A stretch of 64,000 nucleotides of DNA from Ptychomitrium polyphyllum (Eukaryota). The notes beneath the pieces are model-generated. The model made no database searches and was not told the DNA's origin. It saw only the letters and a program-made list of their open reading frames with translations. The position numbers were made by a program, and so were the translations under genes. The DNA is taken from NCBI GenBank assembly GCA_973851085.1, contig OZ316776.1, forward strand, positions 14,508,001 through 14,572,000, given 5' to 3'. Positions 11,681-23,588 of this stretch are shown here, piece by piece (within the stretch, counting starts at the first letter, position 1; each line of letters begins with the position of its first letter).

Positions 11681-13895
11681 TCATACTGAGTGGTGCCACG
11701 TTGTAAGTTTTGCATGCTTGAAGTACCACTTCAGTTGAAACAAACGGTTACAGTTGTTAGGACAAGTTTGCACTCCTAGCGAGCTGCCTTTTTTCAGTCT
11801 CAAACGGACAGTAACTTACTGTCGTAATGCAAGCTCGCTGGTACTGGAACCACACTGGAAGCACCTCGTAAGTTTTCACTTCGTCAATCAATCAGGTAGT
11901 TCAATGAGTCAAAAGGTACACTAGATTTTCTGTACATGCGGCGATGAATTGATCTTTGCTGTCTCCATAGGCTCCTCTTCGACCTGGTTCATGAACAAAT
12001 ATTGGCCATCGTGGTGGAGGTTGAAAGACATGGCAGGGCACAAGGAAATCTAGTTGAGTTTTTCAGTGGGAGGTTATTGTTTTAAACCTATTGTTGAGCT
12101 GCACACACATAGTTGAATTCAATTGTGGCACTCTGTGTTGAACCTGCACACATAATTTAACCTGCACACATAGTTTAACCAAGTTATCACATCTATGAAT
12201 TACTACACCTATGGGATCCAGATTGGTAAGAAGAATTTGATCACAGGCTACTTGGCCACACAAGGCTTAAGCCCAAAGAGTATCTCCACCGCAGTTTGCT
12301 AACTGGCGGATGGTGTGGATGCGAAAATGTTGCTTTAGTGTGACTGCGTCCCACTTCTCATCCCAATCCGGTTCCTAGTCTTGCCAACACTCAAACAACA
12401 AATATTTTATACCACCATCCTCTAAATCTCTTGTAATTTTTAAAAATGTAAGAGTAAATACGACCAAGTTAAAGATAGTTTTTAAGTTTGTTCAGAGGAC
12501 GTATAAGGTCCCTTTATTCCATGGTAATCAAAAGGTGGTTGATACGCAACAACCATCACAATTCTCTTATATTTAACTTTGATTTTGTTTATTAGAATAG
12601 GATTGTAATTTTTTTGTTTTTCTTCACTTTAGTAGATTTTCTTTGTTGAAAACAACTTCTATTTGTGTGTATAATATAGTTGTTCATGGTGAATGTTGTT
12701 GAAAAAAGAGGTATTAGATATAGAGGTTCTTGAGCAAATTGTAGTGTTAATGATTAAAGATATGAATTGCAATCATTGTTCATTGTTCATCGTTTGTTGT
12801 GTGATATAATAATGCTCTAAATAAGTAGTCATTTTCTTTTGTATTAATTTGATAATGAGAAGTTTGATTATATTGTATATATTCCAATCTTGTTTACACC
12901 TTCATTTATTTAATTATTTTTCATTCAATATTAAAAATATTATAAAAAAATAATTCAAACTTTCTTTATTTGATGGATGTTACCTATTAGAAGTTAGTGA
13001 TGGATATTTCTCCTCAATTAAAATCCTTGTGTTTGATTAAAGATTTATTTTTGGCAAAAATTTAAAAGAAGATCAAATTTGAGAGGAAGACAATTTTGGA
13101 GCTACAATATCTATTTTGAGTTGTCTTATGAAGCATCACAAGAAATATCCATAACTTAAGGCCTCATAGAAGAGAAGACTCTTTAATATACAAAAGTTGT
13201 TAAAGATTCTTTTAAAGAAAGGTTAAAAAAAAAAATTTAATTTTAAAACCTTAACAATAAGATCTTTATAAAAGGTCTTCTAATAAGAATCATAAGCATT
13301 ATCCACTACTGCTATTTTGGAAGCTTTCAAGCAATATCTATTATAGACGTTTCTAAAAAATATATATATGGAAGAAACAACTATTACATAGTTCTTATTT
13401 TTTTTAAAAAGCGTCAAAGGTAGAAATGGAGAAAAGAATAGAATTAAAAAAGTTACAAACAATAATTATTATGACTTTGTAAAAAAGGCTTTTTGAGCAA
13501 TACTTATTGGAAATGGCTCCAAATCAAAAAGAGAGCTTTGCATTTAGTAATGTTTTACATCTTTCAACACTTAAATTACAACAAACAAAGAATTTTTTTT
13601 TTTAAAATTAAAAATTTCCCTTAACTTGGAAATGTATTATAAAAAAAAATTTCAAAAGCTAAATGTCATAATAAATACTATAGTTGTCATTCAATAATTA
13701 TTCCATCTATAATTTTTAAAAACAATATACTCATGAAAGTTTTGTAATTTTAAATCCCATTTAATTAATGGTTTTAATTGGATGGTTTTGCTATTGTGTT
13801 CCAATTTAGTCTCTAATCTACATAAAGTATTGTAGATTCAATAGTTGTTTATTCAAGCTACAAATATTTGTTTATTCAATGGTTGAAACGATGTG

Positions 13896-14324
13896 TGCTT
13901 TATAATATCGAAGAATTGCAACAAGACTAGAGAAGGAATGCAACAAGGCTACCTACTATAAGTAAGAGGAGAGAGCAAAGTTGCAACAAGAGAAGTGTGG
14001 AGCAAGATGACTCCCACACCTAAAATCACTTTACTTATACTTGGAAGTCATCTACCAAAGTGTGCCACTTGGCAGCTTTGCATGTGCCTTCATTAATGAG
14101 TGGCATGTGGCGGCTTTTGTGAGTGCCACGTGACAACACCTATCAATGCCATGTGGCGGCTATTCCTGGCCGCCATCTAAACCCTAATTGCCATTTTCTC
14201 AACCCTAGCCTCCATATCCCTCTCTACCTTCTTCCTTTGAACACTAGCAATATCTCAAGTTCAATATGAAGGTACTTCAACTAAAATCACAATATATCTT
14301 CTACTTATTCCAATAATTCCAACA
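13896..14324 (-). mobile_element. solo LTR of a copia family related to the element at 1-3850
   Basis: The reverse complement aligns with 3391-3850 (e.g. CAACAAGAGAAGTGTGGAG.AAGATGACTCCCA, TTTACTTATACTTG, GTGCCACTTGGC, AACCCTAGCCTCCATATCCC). Starts TGTTGG at 14324 on the minus strand. Left boundary approximate; no clear TSD. Confidence 0.85.
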
Positions 14325-16273
14325 CACAAATGTTTTTTGTTGAGAAACGCTCTCGACAGCAGATTCAATAAACACTCAAACTTCAAACTTGTTTTTGAAG
14401 CTAATATGAGCAGTCCATACGGTTTTTTCAAAATTTTGATCCCTAGTGAAGAGCTTTTATCCATATTGTAGACTTTTTATATGCAAGAAGATTTAAGGGC
14501 CATGGACAATGGCACAAAAAGCATGTTGTATGAAGGAGTGAGAGTGTCAATGTTGATGTTCACTTGCTTGGTTGCTGGTATTGATGTGCACTTGCTTAGT
14601 CAATGGGAGTTTGGTGTTAGTTAGGAGACGTAAAGATAACAAATTTCATAAAAGAATTTTTGGTCTTGAAACCTGGCCATAGAGTTGAGTCCCGAAATCT
14701 GGTTGCCACCAAAATCTTGAAACCAGATGAAAAGCTGGACATCTACATCATTTCTGTTCACCTATCCGCCTGCAGTAACCACAATGAAATTCTATTGCAA
14801 AGAGGTAAGTGTGGTGGTTCCAAGCCAGGAAAAGACTTGTGTGGCGAGCTGCATTTGGCAAATTAGATGTCCAGTTCCACCAAAACTCCTTTCTTCACCA
14901 CGATTAGAATCCTGGTTGTTCAATGAACCCTTCCACCAGCATCCTTCAAATTTTGCATCACTTAATACAATTTCAAACTACAGACAAATTCAACTATGAC
15001 ATGGCCTCTAGTGATTTTACTTTTCACATCACAACTATGAATGGACAAACCGTGTTTTCCACTCTCAATCTTGTTATATTGGTGTGCTGAACTGCTATGA
15101 TTTGACTTGGAGACGCCACTCCAGGAGGAATGCTAACTAAACCAAGTGTTGGTAGCCTTGTCCGTGCTGGTTGTAGATGCGAATGAGAGGTCGAAGATTG
15201 AGGCTGCAGTGCATCATCTCGATTCCATGCTAACAAGCGAAGTGTAACATGCTACTTGAGCCTGCAGCTTATTCTCTTTGCTGTCATCGTTATGAGAAGG
15301 TAGAAGGGTTTCTCAGCTGCACTTCTAAGTTGATCTCCCAGAATGGTAATCTCTCTATACTATTCCCAAGACACGTAGGGAATGGAGGTTGTTTTGAGCT
15401 GTATATCATTGATATGGCAGAAGGAGTTTCCCCAGTTTCAGCGATGGATGCTATTGAAGCTCGTCTCCAGTCGACGAGTACTCGCCCTTAGACGGCGGTA
15501 TGCACTGCACCAATCCATAACACTATTTGTAATTAAATGTGATGCATTGTGAAAATCTGGGTCGCAAGGGATGATGGTTTAAGGATCAAAACATGGGGAC
15601 AGATGTTAGTGTGTGGGGTGGTTTGAGATTCAGGTGTTTATGGAAAGGGACAACAATTGTACTAGATCTGAAGTTTTTAATCCGTGTTTTCTTAGAAACA
15701 TGGAGATGCGATGTGCAGGGTGCGAGTTCTAAGTACACGCTTCCATTCGCCTTTCTGGTCCAAGCTTACAGGAGAAAATTTCAAGAAGGTCGAACACCTC
15801 TTACCAACTTCATGTGTCGGCTGTAGTAACGTGCTTTAAGAGATTTTTGGAAGCAATTATTAGTCGTGATATCTCCTTATATACGTTTTGAGAAAATGAC
15901 TAACAAGGCAGATTGCCTGACATTGTACAGCTCCAGGGGCAGATAGAGGCAACTATCGTAATTTGACATTTGTGGTTCAATGCTGTGGTTTTTTTAAGTA
16001 CAGGGCAGGAAATGTTTCTCTGCACTGAATTATCCGTGAATCGTATCATAAGGTAAATACATAATGAAACGCAATTAGAGCCAGTCTACGTCTAACAATA
16101 ACAAACATTGATATGAATAACTCGAGATCATTTTGGAGGATATGTGTTTTGACCTAATCGGGAGTACTAACCTTCACAATCCTTGCAATGATGTGGAGGG
16201 GAAGCTGCAGAATGTAGGAAATGTCCTATTACATTTCTAGAACTAAGAGCACTAGAGGATGGTAGTACCGAGT

Positions 16274-17813
16274 TCATATGTCCTTGAGGTACCTCTCGAA
16301 CTTCACCATTTCGTGAGGCTGAAAGCTGACTAAGAGGAGGAGTCCACCGTCGTCAGTTCCGTTGGAAACTATAAGGCAGAATTGAGGTGTACTCCCAGTG
16401 GGTGGTCCCGAGTGAACAGGTTTCCCCCACCCGAAGTCGTGCTCATAGAATGGGAACTTCCACCATGCTGACACAAGCACATCTTTAGCACCGCCGATGG
16501 CTGGCACACCTCCATGGAGCTGCAGCCAATCAAGGGCGGAGCGAACATAACGCTCATCAATCTTTGCGACGGCTTCTTGGATTTTGGCAACGCAATACGA
16601 AAGTGGGTTTCGGGCGACCTCAGAAGCAGGGGCACTAGCATGGGCCGAGATGATAGTGTTACCGCAGAACTTGGGCGGGATTGGGGGCTGCATTTTGGCC
16701 CGGAAGTCGACGGCAATCAAAAGTTTTGTGAGCTCGTGTGGGGCAAACTCGAGACTGCGAGTTCGTGCTTGCCAGAAGTGGGCAACGGTGACCTCAAAGG
16801 AGGAGCATCTCTTGATGCTTCCATCGGCCATGGCGATGGTCTTCAGCGTTTGTATCTCCATCAGTGAAATGGGAATGTGCTTGGTGATGTACTCAGGCGT
16901 CATAACGTCCAAGTCGTGATCAGTCCCAGCTCCATTTGGAATTACGTCACCGCTTTTAAAGCATTCAGGATGGTCGAATTCAGGTGCTGGGGGGTCTCGG
17001 GGCTTGAGTATGGTTCTGTCGAGGTCAGGAAACGTAGTAAGGGCCTCCCCACGAGCTAACTTGCAGAAGCTGCGGAAGAATTGCGCTGAAGACGTGCCGT
17101 CAGCCATTGAATGGCTCATCCGAAACCCAACGGTGAAACCTCCGCACCTGAACCTGGTCACCTGCATATAGTTTCTTACCGAAACGATTAGCAATCTTTT
17201 GCATCAAAAATTTGGGATCCAGGTACATCTTTGTCAATATTCCAAGCATCCGGACTTAGGTAACGACGCCAGAAGTTTAGTGACGCTAGCTCAGTTCTAG
17301 AGTTGATTTGAATATTACTCCTACCTGGACCATGAGAAGGAAATCATCAAACAGGCTAACATTGACACCGGGAGGTGATGGCATTAGCTTCCGGAACTCG
17401 GGGTTCATCAGTTTCAAATCACCCAGCTCCTCAATCGTCTGTTCCGAAGAGGCAATCACAAAGCTTGCACCTGCCCGATTGCATTTGACCTGCAATCTCT
17501 CCTCTTTCGCATTCACTTCAAACCTCCCTGCCATGAAGTGATATGGTACCAGCAGCTTGGCAAGCGCATCCTCCAAAACCGAGAACACGGTCTCGGAGCT
17601 TCTCTCCCAGTTTGGCAAGTACACGAAGAAGGATTCCACGGGCACGACGAGCATTTGATCAATGTTGGTCATGTAGATTGCTCCCTCTTGGGTGGCTTCG
17701 GCTGGTTGAACCACTTTCACAGCATGCACTACCACTGTGAAATTGTTGAAGTTCTGGTCACCTTCAGGCACTGCAGTGCCGGCTTCCACTTCATTTGGAT
17801 TGCTGTAAGTCAT
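16274..17813 (-). CDS. BAHD acyltransferase (HHT/omega-hydroxyacid feruloyl transferase-like); exons 17813-17325 and 17161-16274 (~458 aa)
   Basis: HXXXD motif HSMADG and C-terminal DFGWGKP. Intron at the conserved LMVQ|VTRFRCGG position with GT-AG ends. TATA-like TATTATAA about 70 bp upstream. Confidence 0.95.
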
Positions 17814-18928
17814 GACTCCTCGCCCTCCTCTCAATTCGGACAACTGTGTTCATTCCCTGGATTGGCAATGACCCATGACTGCCCTTATAATATTGGTCAA
17901 GGTAGTGCTCTATCATCTTCACCAGCTGAGATCGGTTCCAGATCTGCGACATGCATTTGGCATGCACGCTTGATATTCTGCAGATTCTAGTTCGGCCTCA
18001 AGTGGATTAATATGTTCTTGGCACAGGCACATGCAAGATGAGGTTAAACTTTTGTGTTAAAAAATAATCATATGCAAAACAGGGTAAGAATCTGCAAGAA
18101 TCTGCAAAATCTTGCTTCCCTGCTTACCGGCAGGAGCGTAAATTATAAAGCTGTAAGGGCCCATTTTTCTTCACCATGCTTACGAAGATGAGCAAGATAA
18201 GGTTGGTCAGGAAAATTAATCATACTGTTAGCGCTGCTCTTATCCTGCACAAACCAAACGTTGCCATTCCAGCGCATCTGCCAACTTGCTTGAAGCATGA
18301 GTTTGTTGGAGGCATACACCTAATCTTAAAGTTAGCACTTTTGTTCTGTAATTCGCAAGACATAGTGATCCGCATTTAGATGTGTCTAGTGAACCTCTCA
18401 TGATTACAGTTCCTTCAAAGAATTCTACCACAGCCATAAATGAATCATAGTCTGTGAACACGATTCATCATAGCTGCAGGCCCAGTTCTGATTTTTGCAG
18501 GTTTCCAACCAGCTCAGTGCCTTGAAGCCACTACCTTTACGGCCTGAACTGGACAAGAACAGATGATCAAAGCTACAACTCCTTAGGTTGGATGAAAAAA
18601 GACCATGACCTACTTAATTGTTATGAAATCCTTCCAGTAGTTCTCATCTTTTCTATTTAGTTTGACAGCAAAAAGGTCCAAATAATTCGCACTTAAAATC
18701 ATTAAGCTAACTTCATCAACAACATTTCCAAGCTGATGTTTTGTGTCCGCAGACAAAAATCATGTATGACAGAACCAGAGTGGGGCCAATCCTGCTCGAG
18801 AATTTTGTTGTAAGAAAAATCAAATACAGTAGTGCTCTTTATGAACATGACATCCGGATATGTACAATTGTACGTTAACTATCAGCCCCCTAGTCTAAGC
18901 TGTACACAGAAACCGTAACTATTGGAAT

Positions 18929-19432
18929 TCACCGTAAAGAATTTGTAGTTGCCTTGCTCTTACCCCGTTCCAGCTCATCCAGTTTTGCATCTAAGCTCAC
19001 ATCTTCAAATTCTTCCCTCGGCAACGGCCGGGCCAAATGCGTCGGCCGGTCTTCTCCTGCCATGATTACGCACGACACAGGCTCCTCAGCTGCGGCAACA
19101 GCTCCCTTCGATGATTTGGCGACTGTAGGTGTAATAGGTTGAGTAGCAGGCAATTCGGGTTGGTGTGCAGCAGGCTCTGAATCATTTGTCGTGCCGGACC
19201 AAATGTACAGAGCGGGCGGGTTACTCTGCACACTACGTCGCAAGCGTGCAAACATGAGCATTCTACGCTTATGGAGGATACAGACGAGCAAGAGGATGGT
19301 GATGAATAGGAAAATGGCCGTTGCTACAATGGCCGATGAGCGCAAGATTTTGCTTGCAGCAGGTGGAGCTAGGGACAGTTCGCAGTTTGCCTCATTGCTG
19401 GAAGCACCGTATTTATTGTAACAATCAGTCAT
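18929..19432 (-). CDS. GLUTAMINE DUMPER-like membrane protein (167 aa)
   Basis: TM helix AIVATAIFLFITILLLVCIL, then HKRR, then a canonical VIMAG motif CVIMAGEDRPTHLARP. An in-frame stop lies just upstream of ATG 19432. Confidence 0.8.
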   Translation of the reverse strand: MTDCYNKYGASSNEANCELSLAPPAASKILRSSAIVATAIFLFITILLLVCILHKRRMLMFARLRRSVQSNPPALYIWSGTTNDSEPAAHQPELPATQPITPTVAKSSKGAVAAAEEPVSCVIMAGEDRPTHLARPLPREEFEDVSLDAKLDELERGKSKATTNSLR

Positions 19433-20557
19433 CTTGTGCACCACTTAAGGGTTCGCAACTTCTGTAACCCCTCGATACTGCCAACCTACGAAGAAGCCCG
19501 GCATAAAAATTCAGAACAATCTTCAGGTATCTGTGCAAAGTCTTCATCACTTAACCCATCTAAATGATAAGAACGCTGTCAGCAAGAAAGATCAACTCAC
19601 TAAAACGTGATGAGAAACTACGTAAAAATAGTTGCAACAATCAAGCTCCTTACCAGAGGAGACGATTCTTCGTGCTGTGGCTCTAACTAAAGCTGCAAAG
19701 ATAATACAGAATATTATTTCTTCATACGGCGACCAGAGACGGCTAACCATGTCCTCAGGAGTGCATTTGCGCGTGATTCAATCTGCACCAAAAGTTCACC
19801 AAAAACTTTGTATTAGGGAATTACAATAGCGCCATAGCCACGACCTACAACACCTTCAAGCCATAGAGGGACAGGAGAAATCAGCTTCTAGTCTAGTTTA
19901 AGAAATACCGATTTCTGAGACTGTGTTTGCCTCTGAGGTGCACAAGGAGATCAGAGTTAACCAATCTGCGCCTTCACTATCATCAGACAATGACTTCCTG
20001 AGCTCCCCTAGACAAGCTATGAAGCGAAGAATTGAAAGACTCAAGAAGCAATCACAAGGACAAGAACCCACAAGCAATACAATAGTAGTGGCAACCTAGA
20101 AAGCACCGATTCAGAACCGAATCATTCAAAAGATCGAAACCATCCTACCTCCCCTCGGCACTACTCCACAAATCATATTCAACCAAAGCAGAGGCATCAC
20201 GCTCTCACCAAAAGCTGAATCTTTCCAGCTTAATTTCGACATCAAAACACCCAACTTGGATGGGCACGCAACTAGGAGAAGTTTCAAGATCATATCCTCA
20301 CCTTCACCTGCATACGATATCGGAGCTGTAGTAGCAGCAAAGCACTCCATCCATAGCCATCCGCTTACTCACCGTTACCATCACCGATCGCCTGGAGTCT
20401 AGTTAACTGCAGCAGCTAGCTTGCGGCAGCAGAACTCCAGAATCGCTCGCCTTGCGAACAAAAGTTGATCAAACTCAGTTGCAGCAACTGAGTGAACCGA
20501 TTCGTGCAGACAAGGCCGAGGGATCCAAATTCCTGGTGCAGTCGCCGGCTCGAGCTT

Positions 20558-20821
20558 ATGAAGGAATCATCAATCACTGCAAGGAAGCAAATGACTATAT
20601 TGATGATTTCATTGGCATGCGCAGTCATAAAGGCCGAGTGGAAGCCAGATGCTGCCAGACAGACAGACAAACCTGATAATAATTCCTGGCTCTCCTGTAT
20701 ATATACTAAGTCTGTACTTAGAATGTACAGGAAGCTGGGCCATGGATCCCCAAAGCCGCCACGGCCCCTAAAACCCACCTTGTATACTGAGGGCGTACAT
20801 CTTGATCATCACAATCTATAG
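20558..20821 (+). CDS. possible small secreted peptide precursor (87 aa)
   Basis: Short hydrophobic N-terminus MTILMISLACAVIKA, then RKL followed by Pro-rich GHGSPKPPRPLKP. No family recognised. Confidence 0.25.
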   Translation: MKESSITARKQMTILMISLACAVIKAEWKPDAARQTDKPDNNSWLSCIYTKSVLRMYRKLGHGSPKPPRPLKPTLYTEGVHLDHHNL

Positions 20822-21818
20822 CTCTTCCTAGATATGACCACTTTAGCATATTGTGTTGGTTTTGGGTATGCATCCTTTTATGACATGAGCATGACCGTGA
20901 GCATGACCATGCACTCCGTTTTTGAGGGAATAGTTTTTTTATCCCTCTGTAGTCCTTGGCTTCCTTGGCTTTCTTGGCTCCTATGTAGGGGAGTATGCTT
21001 TAGAAAATTTTATACCTATAGAGATTTTGAGACGAGCTCTATTTTCAACCTGTGAGCAAGTGCCACACTTGTTGCATGGATTCTCAAAGCCCTATGTCTT
21101 TGCTTAGTATGCTTGGTTACCATTTCCAATTGTTATTTTGCTAGATAGTTCAAGTTTCTATTCAAAGATATTGTATTTAGGTGTTCAACCTAAATACTGT
21201 AGGGCATGGTCTAGAAATCTCTTGCTTTCATGTTGTAAGTGGGTAAGGTGAGTGGGAAAACAGTTTGGCAAAGATATTTTTTAAGTGAACGCCAAAAACT
21301 TGAAAAGTAGTTTGTAACTTTTATTGTCAAAATCTGAAAAAGGTTATAACAGATTCCAGCGAACAATTTGAATGCCAGATTTTCTTAAAAAGATATTGAA
21401 TTAGTTGCACACATTCAAACGTCACGTATCATTTTGATATTTTGTCCCACTCGAAACTTACTACAAACACACCATGAACTTATAAATGTTAAAAAGCACC
21501 AGCATAATGAAACACGAAAAAGATCAACTGATGTTTTGAATTCCTTCTTATAACTCAAAAACCGAAAAATAAAGAATATGGGAATACTATTCTAGTGTAT
21601 GTTTTTAACTTATTTTAAACGTGCTGCTCCTGCTCATTACACATGCCCATGTGTAACAGCCGGGGCCCCTTTGAAGTGGAGTCGTGTAATGCTTCGATAT
21701 TTGAGCGATTGCCAGGGATAATTCAGAGATCAGAGCTCCATGTGCATGGCTCATGAGTATTAGGTAGGCTGTCTGATGTGTTCCCTGTATCAGCATTGAG
21801 CAGCTGCAGCAGCTAATG

Positions 21819-21850
21819 ATAAGTTGTCCATAAGTTGTCCATAAGTTGTC
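21819..21850. repeat. 11-bp tandem repeat ATAAGTTGTCC x3
   Basis: Read directly. Confidence 0.9.
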
Positions 21851-22536
21851 GATTGGTTGTGGACTACATAAACGGCTTGGGATGACAGTCTTAAGCCAAT
21901 TATGCGACATAACTCTTTACACTTTCTTTCAATCCATTAATCAATCTTTCAATATCTTGTTTTCGGTGCGCCTTTTGGTCCAGGATTATGGCCCTTGTTG
22001 TATATTCTAACTGTTTTTCTGTACACAAGGCAGCTTGCTAGGTCTTTATGGGAAAAGATGAAGAGCATTTTGTTGTTGTGTAGGTCATCTGTTGTTGGAG
22101 TTGTGTGTGGATTGTATCCCCTTGCTACCGGATCAATCTTTTCTATGTTAATGTCATTTCAATATTTGCCATGCATTTCAATCTAAACAACTTAGTTTTT
22201 GTTTGTTTTATTGTTTATTTTCTTCAACTTTTTAATTTTCATCTATTTTTGTTTTCAAACTTTGGTATTTGCATTTTGATTGGATTGTTAGGCTTAACAT
22301 ATCCTACTAATTAATTTTTTTAAACTAATAAAGGTCAAGAATGTTTAGAAATATAAAGATAAAAATTTAAGAATATTAGTGATTAATTAAAAAGATTATA
22401 ATTCCAGTGGATTAAAATTTAGAGCCACTTTTAGAAGGTCTAAATTGTAAGTTAAAAGCTTATTCATTTACTACCAATAATATACTATTACAATGAATCC
22501 TACAATAAATGGAATATTTGGCATTCAACTAGAATG

Positions 22537-23588
22537 GATTTTGACAAATTGCTCATTACAATTCAAATGGAAAGATCACTTCATATATATATTTAGTTGG
22601 CCATTCAAATAAAAAATTATGTAGCATTACTCAATATTTTTAATTACAACATTGAAGCAAATTTTTTGAGATTTCTTCAAATTTTTTTATTTAATTTGAA
22701 GTATTCTTAAATCAAATAGGAAAATTACCTCTATTTGTATTATTGGCCTACAAAGACCAAAAGAAGTATTAATACATCAATTTCCTCTTGTAGAGGTTTT
22801 TTTATGAATTAAAAGGTATTTCTTTTGGTGAATGATATTTTAATTGTATAATATTTAAACTTGACAAGTTCTAGATCAAATAGGAAGATCACCTCACGTC
22901 CATATTGTTGGCCTGTAAAGACAAAAGGACATATTGTTGGCCTACAAGGACTAAAAGAAGAATCTTTATATCAATTTCCAAGTTGTAAGAATCACATGGC
23001 ATAAAAGTTTCTCTATCAATAAGAAGGTGATTTGAACAAGTCATGGAATCAAATTAAAAGATTAGTCTGTTTTAACATTTGGTTTGTACTAAAGCTAAAA
23101 TTTGTTGTTTTATATGAATTTTTTAATTTGAAAAAGACACTATAATTAGATAATTTTTTTATAATAGTACAAAAATTCCACTTTATGCTCATGCTTTATT
23201 AAATATGAAAAATTATAAGTATTTTGTAAAACTTGCAATTTAAAAGAATGGATGTTTAATATTAATGCAGTTGCTTTCATTTATAAAGGTTAGGAGGTTG
23301 TTGAACAGTATCTATAGAACCACCTACATGTACTATTCAATGACTTTTCACAAGCTTTGACTTACATCAATAAAAAATTAGATTTGACAAATTCTAAATC
23401 AAATAGAAAGATCATCTCACGTCAATAGTGTTGGCCTGCAAGGACTAAAAGACGTATTATTGGCCTACAAGGACTAAAGGAAGTAGCTTTACATCAATTT
23501 CTAAGCTGGAAGAGAGACGTAGAATAAAAGTTTCTTTATTAATAAGAAAGTGATTTGATCAAGTTATGGAATTAAATTAAAAGATTAG
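22537..23588. repeat. cluster of diverged direct repeats (~210-bp copies at 22856-23066 and 23382-23588; partial copies at ~22537 and ~22709)
   Basis: Shared TTGACAA.TTCTA.ATCAAATAG.AAGATCA.CTCACGTC, twice-repeated TTGGCCT..AA.GAC.AAA.G, and GTGATTTGA.CAAGT.ATGGAAT.AAATTAAAAGATTAGT. Confidence 0.85.

Noticed and set aside
12400..13890. AT-rich block, possibly another DNA transposon remnant
   Set aside because: No convincing ordered transposase motifs or termini visible by eye.
15150..15491. VVDANERSKIEAAVHHLDSML, reminiscent of ARF-type GTPases
   Set aside because: No GTPase G-motifs nearby and multiple stops; too short to call.
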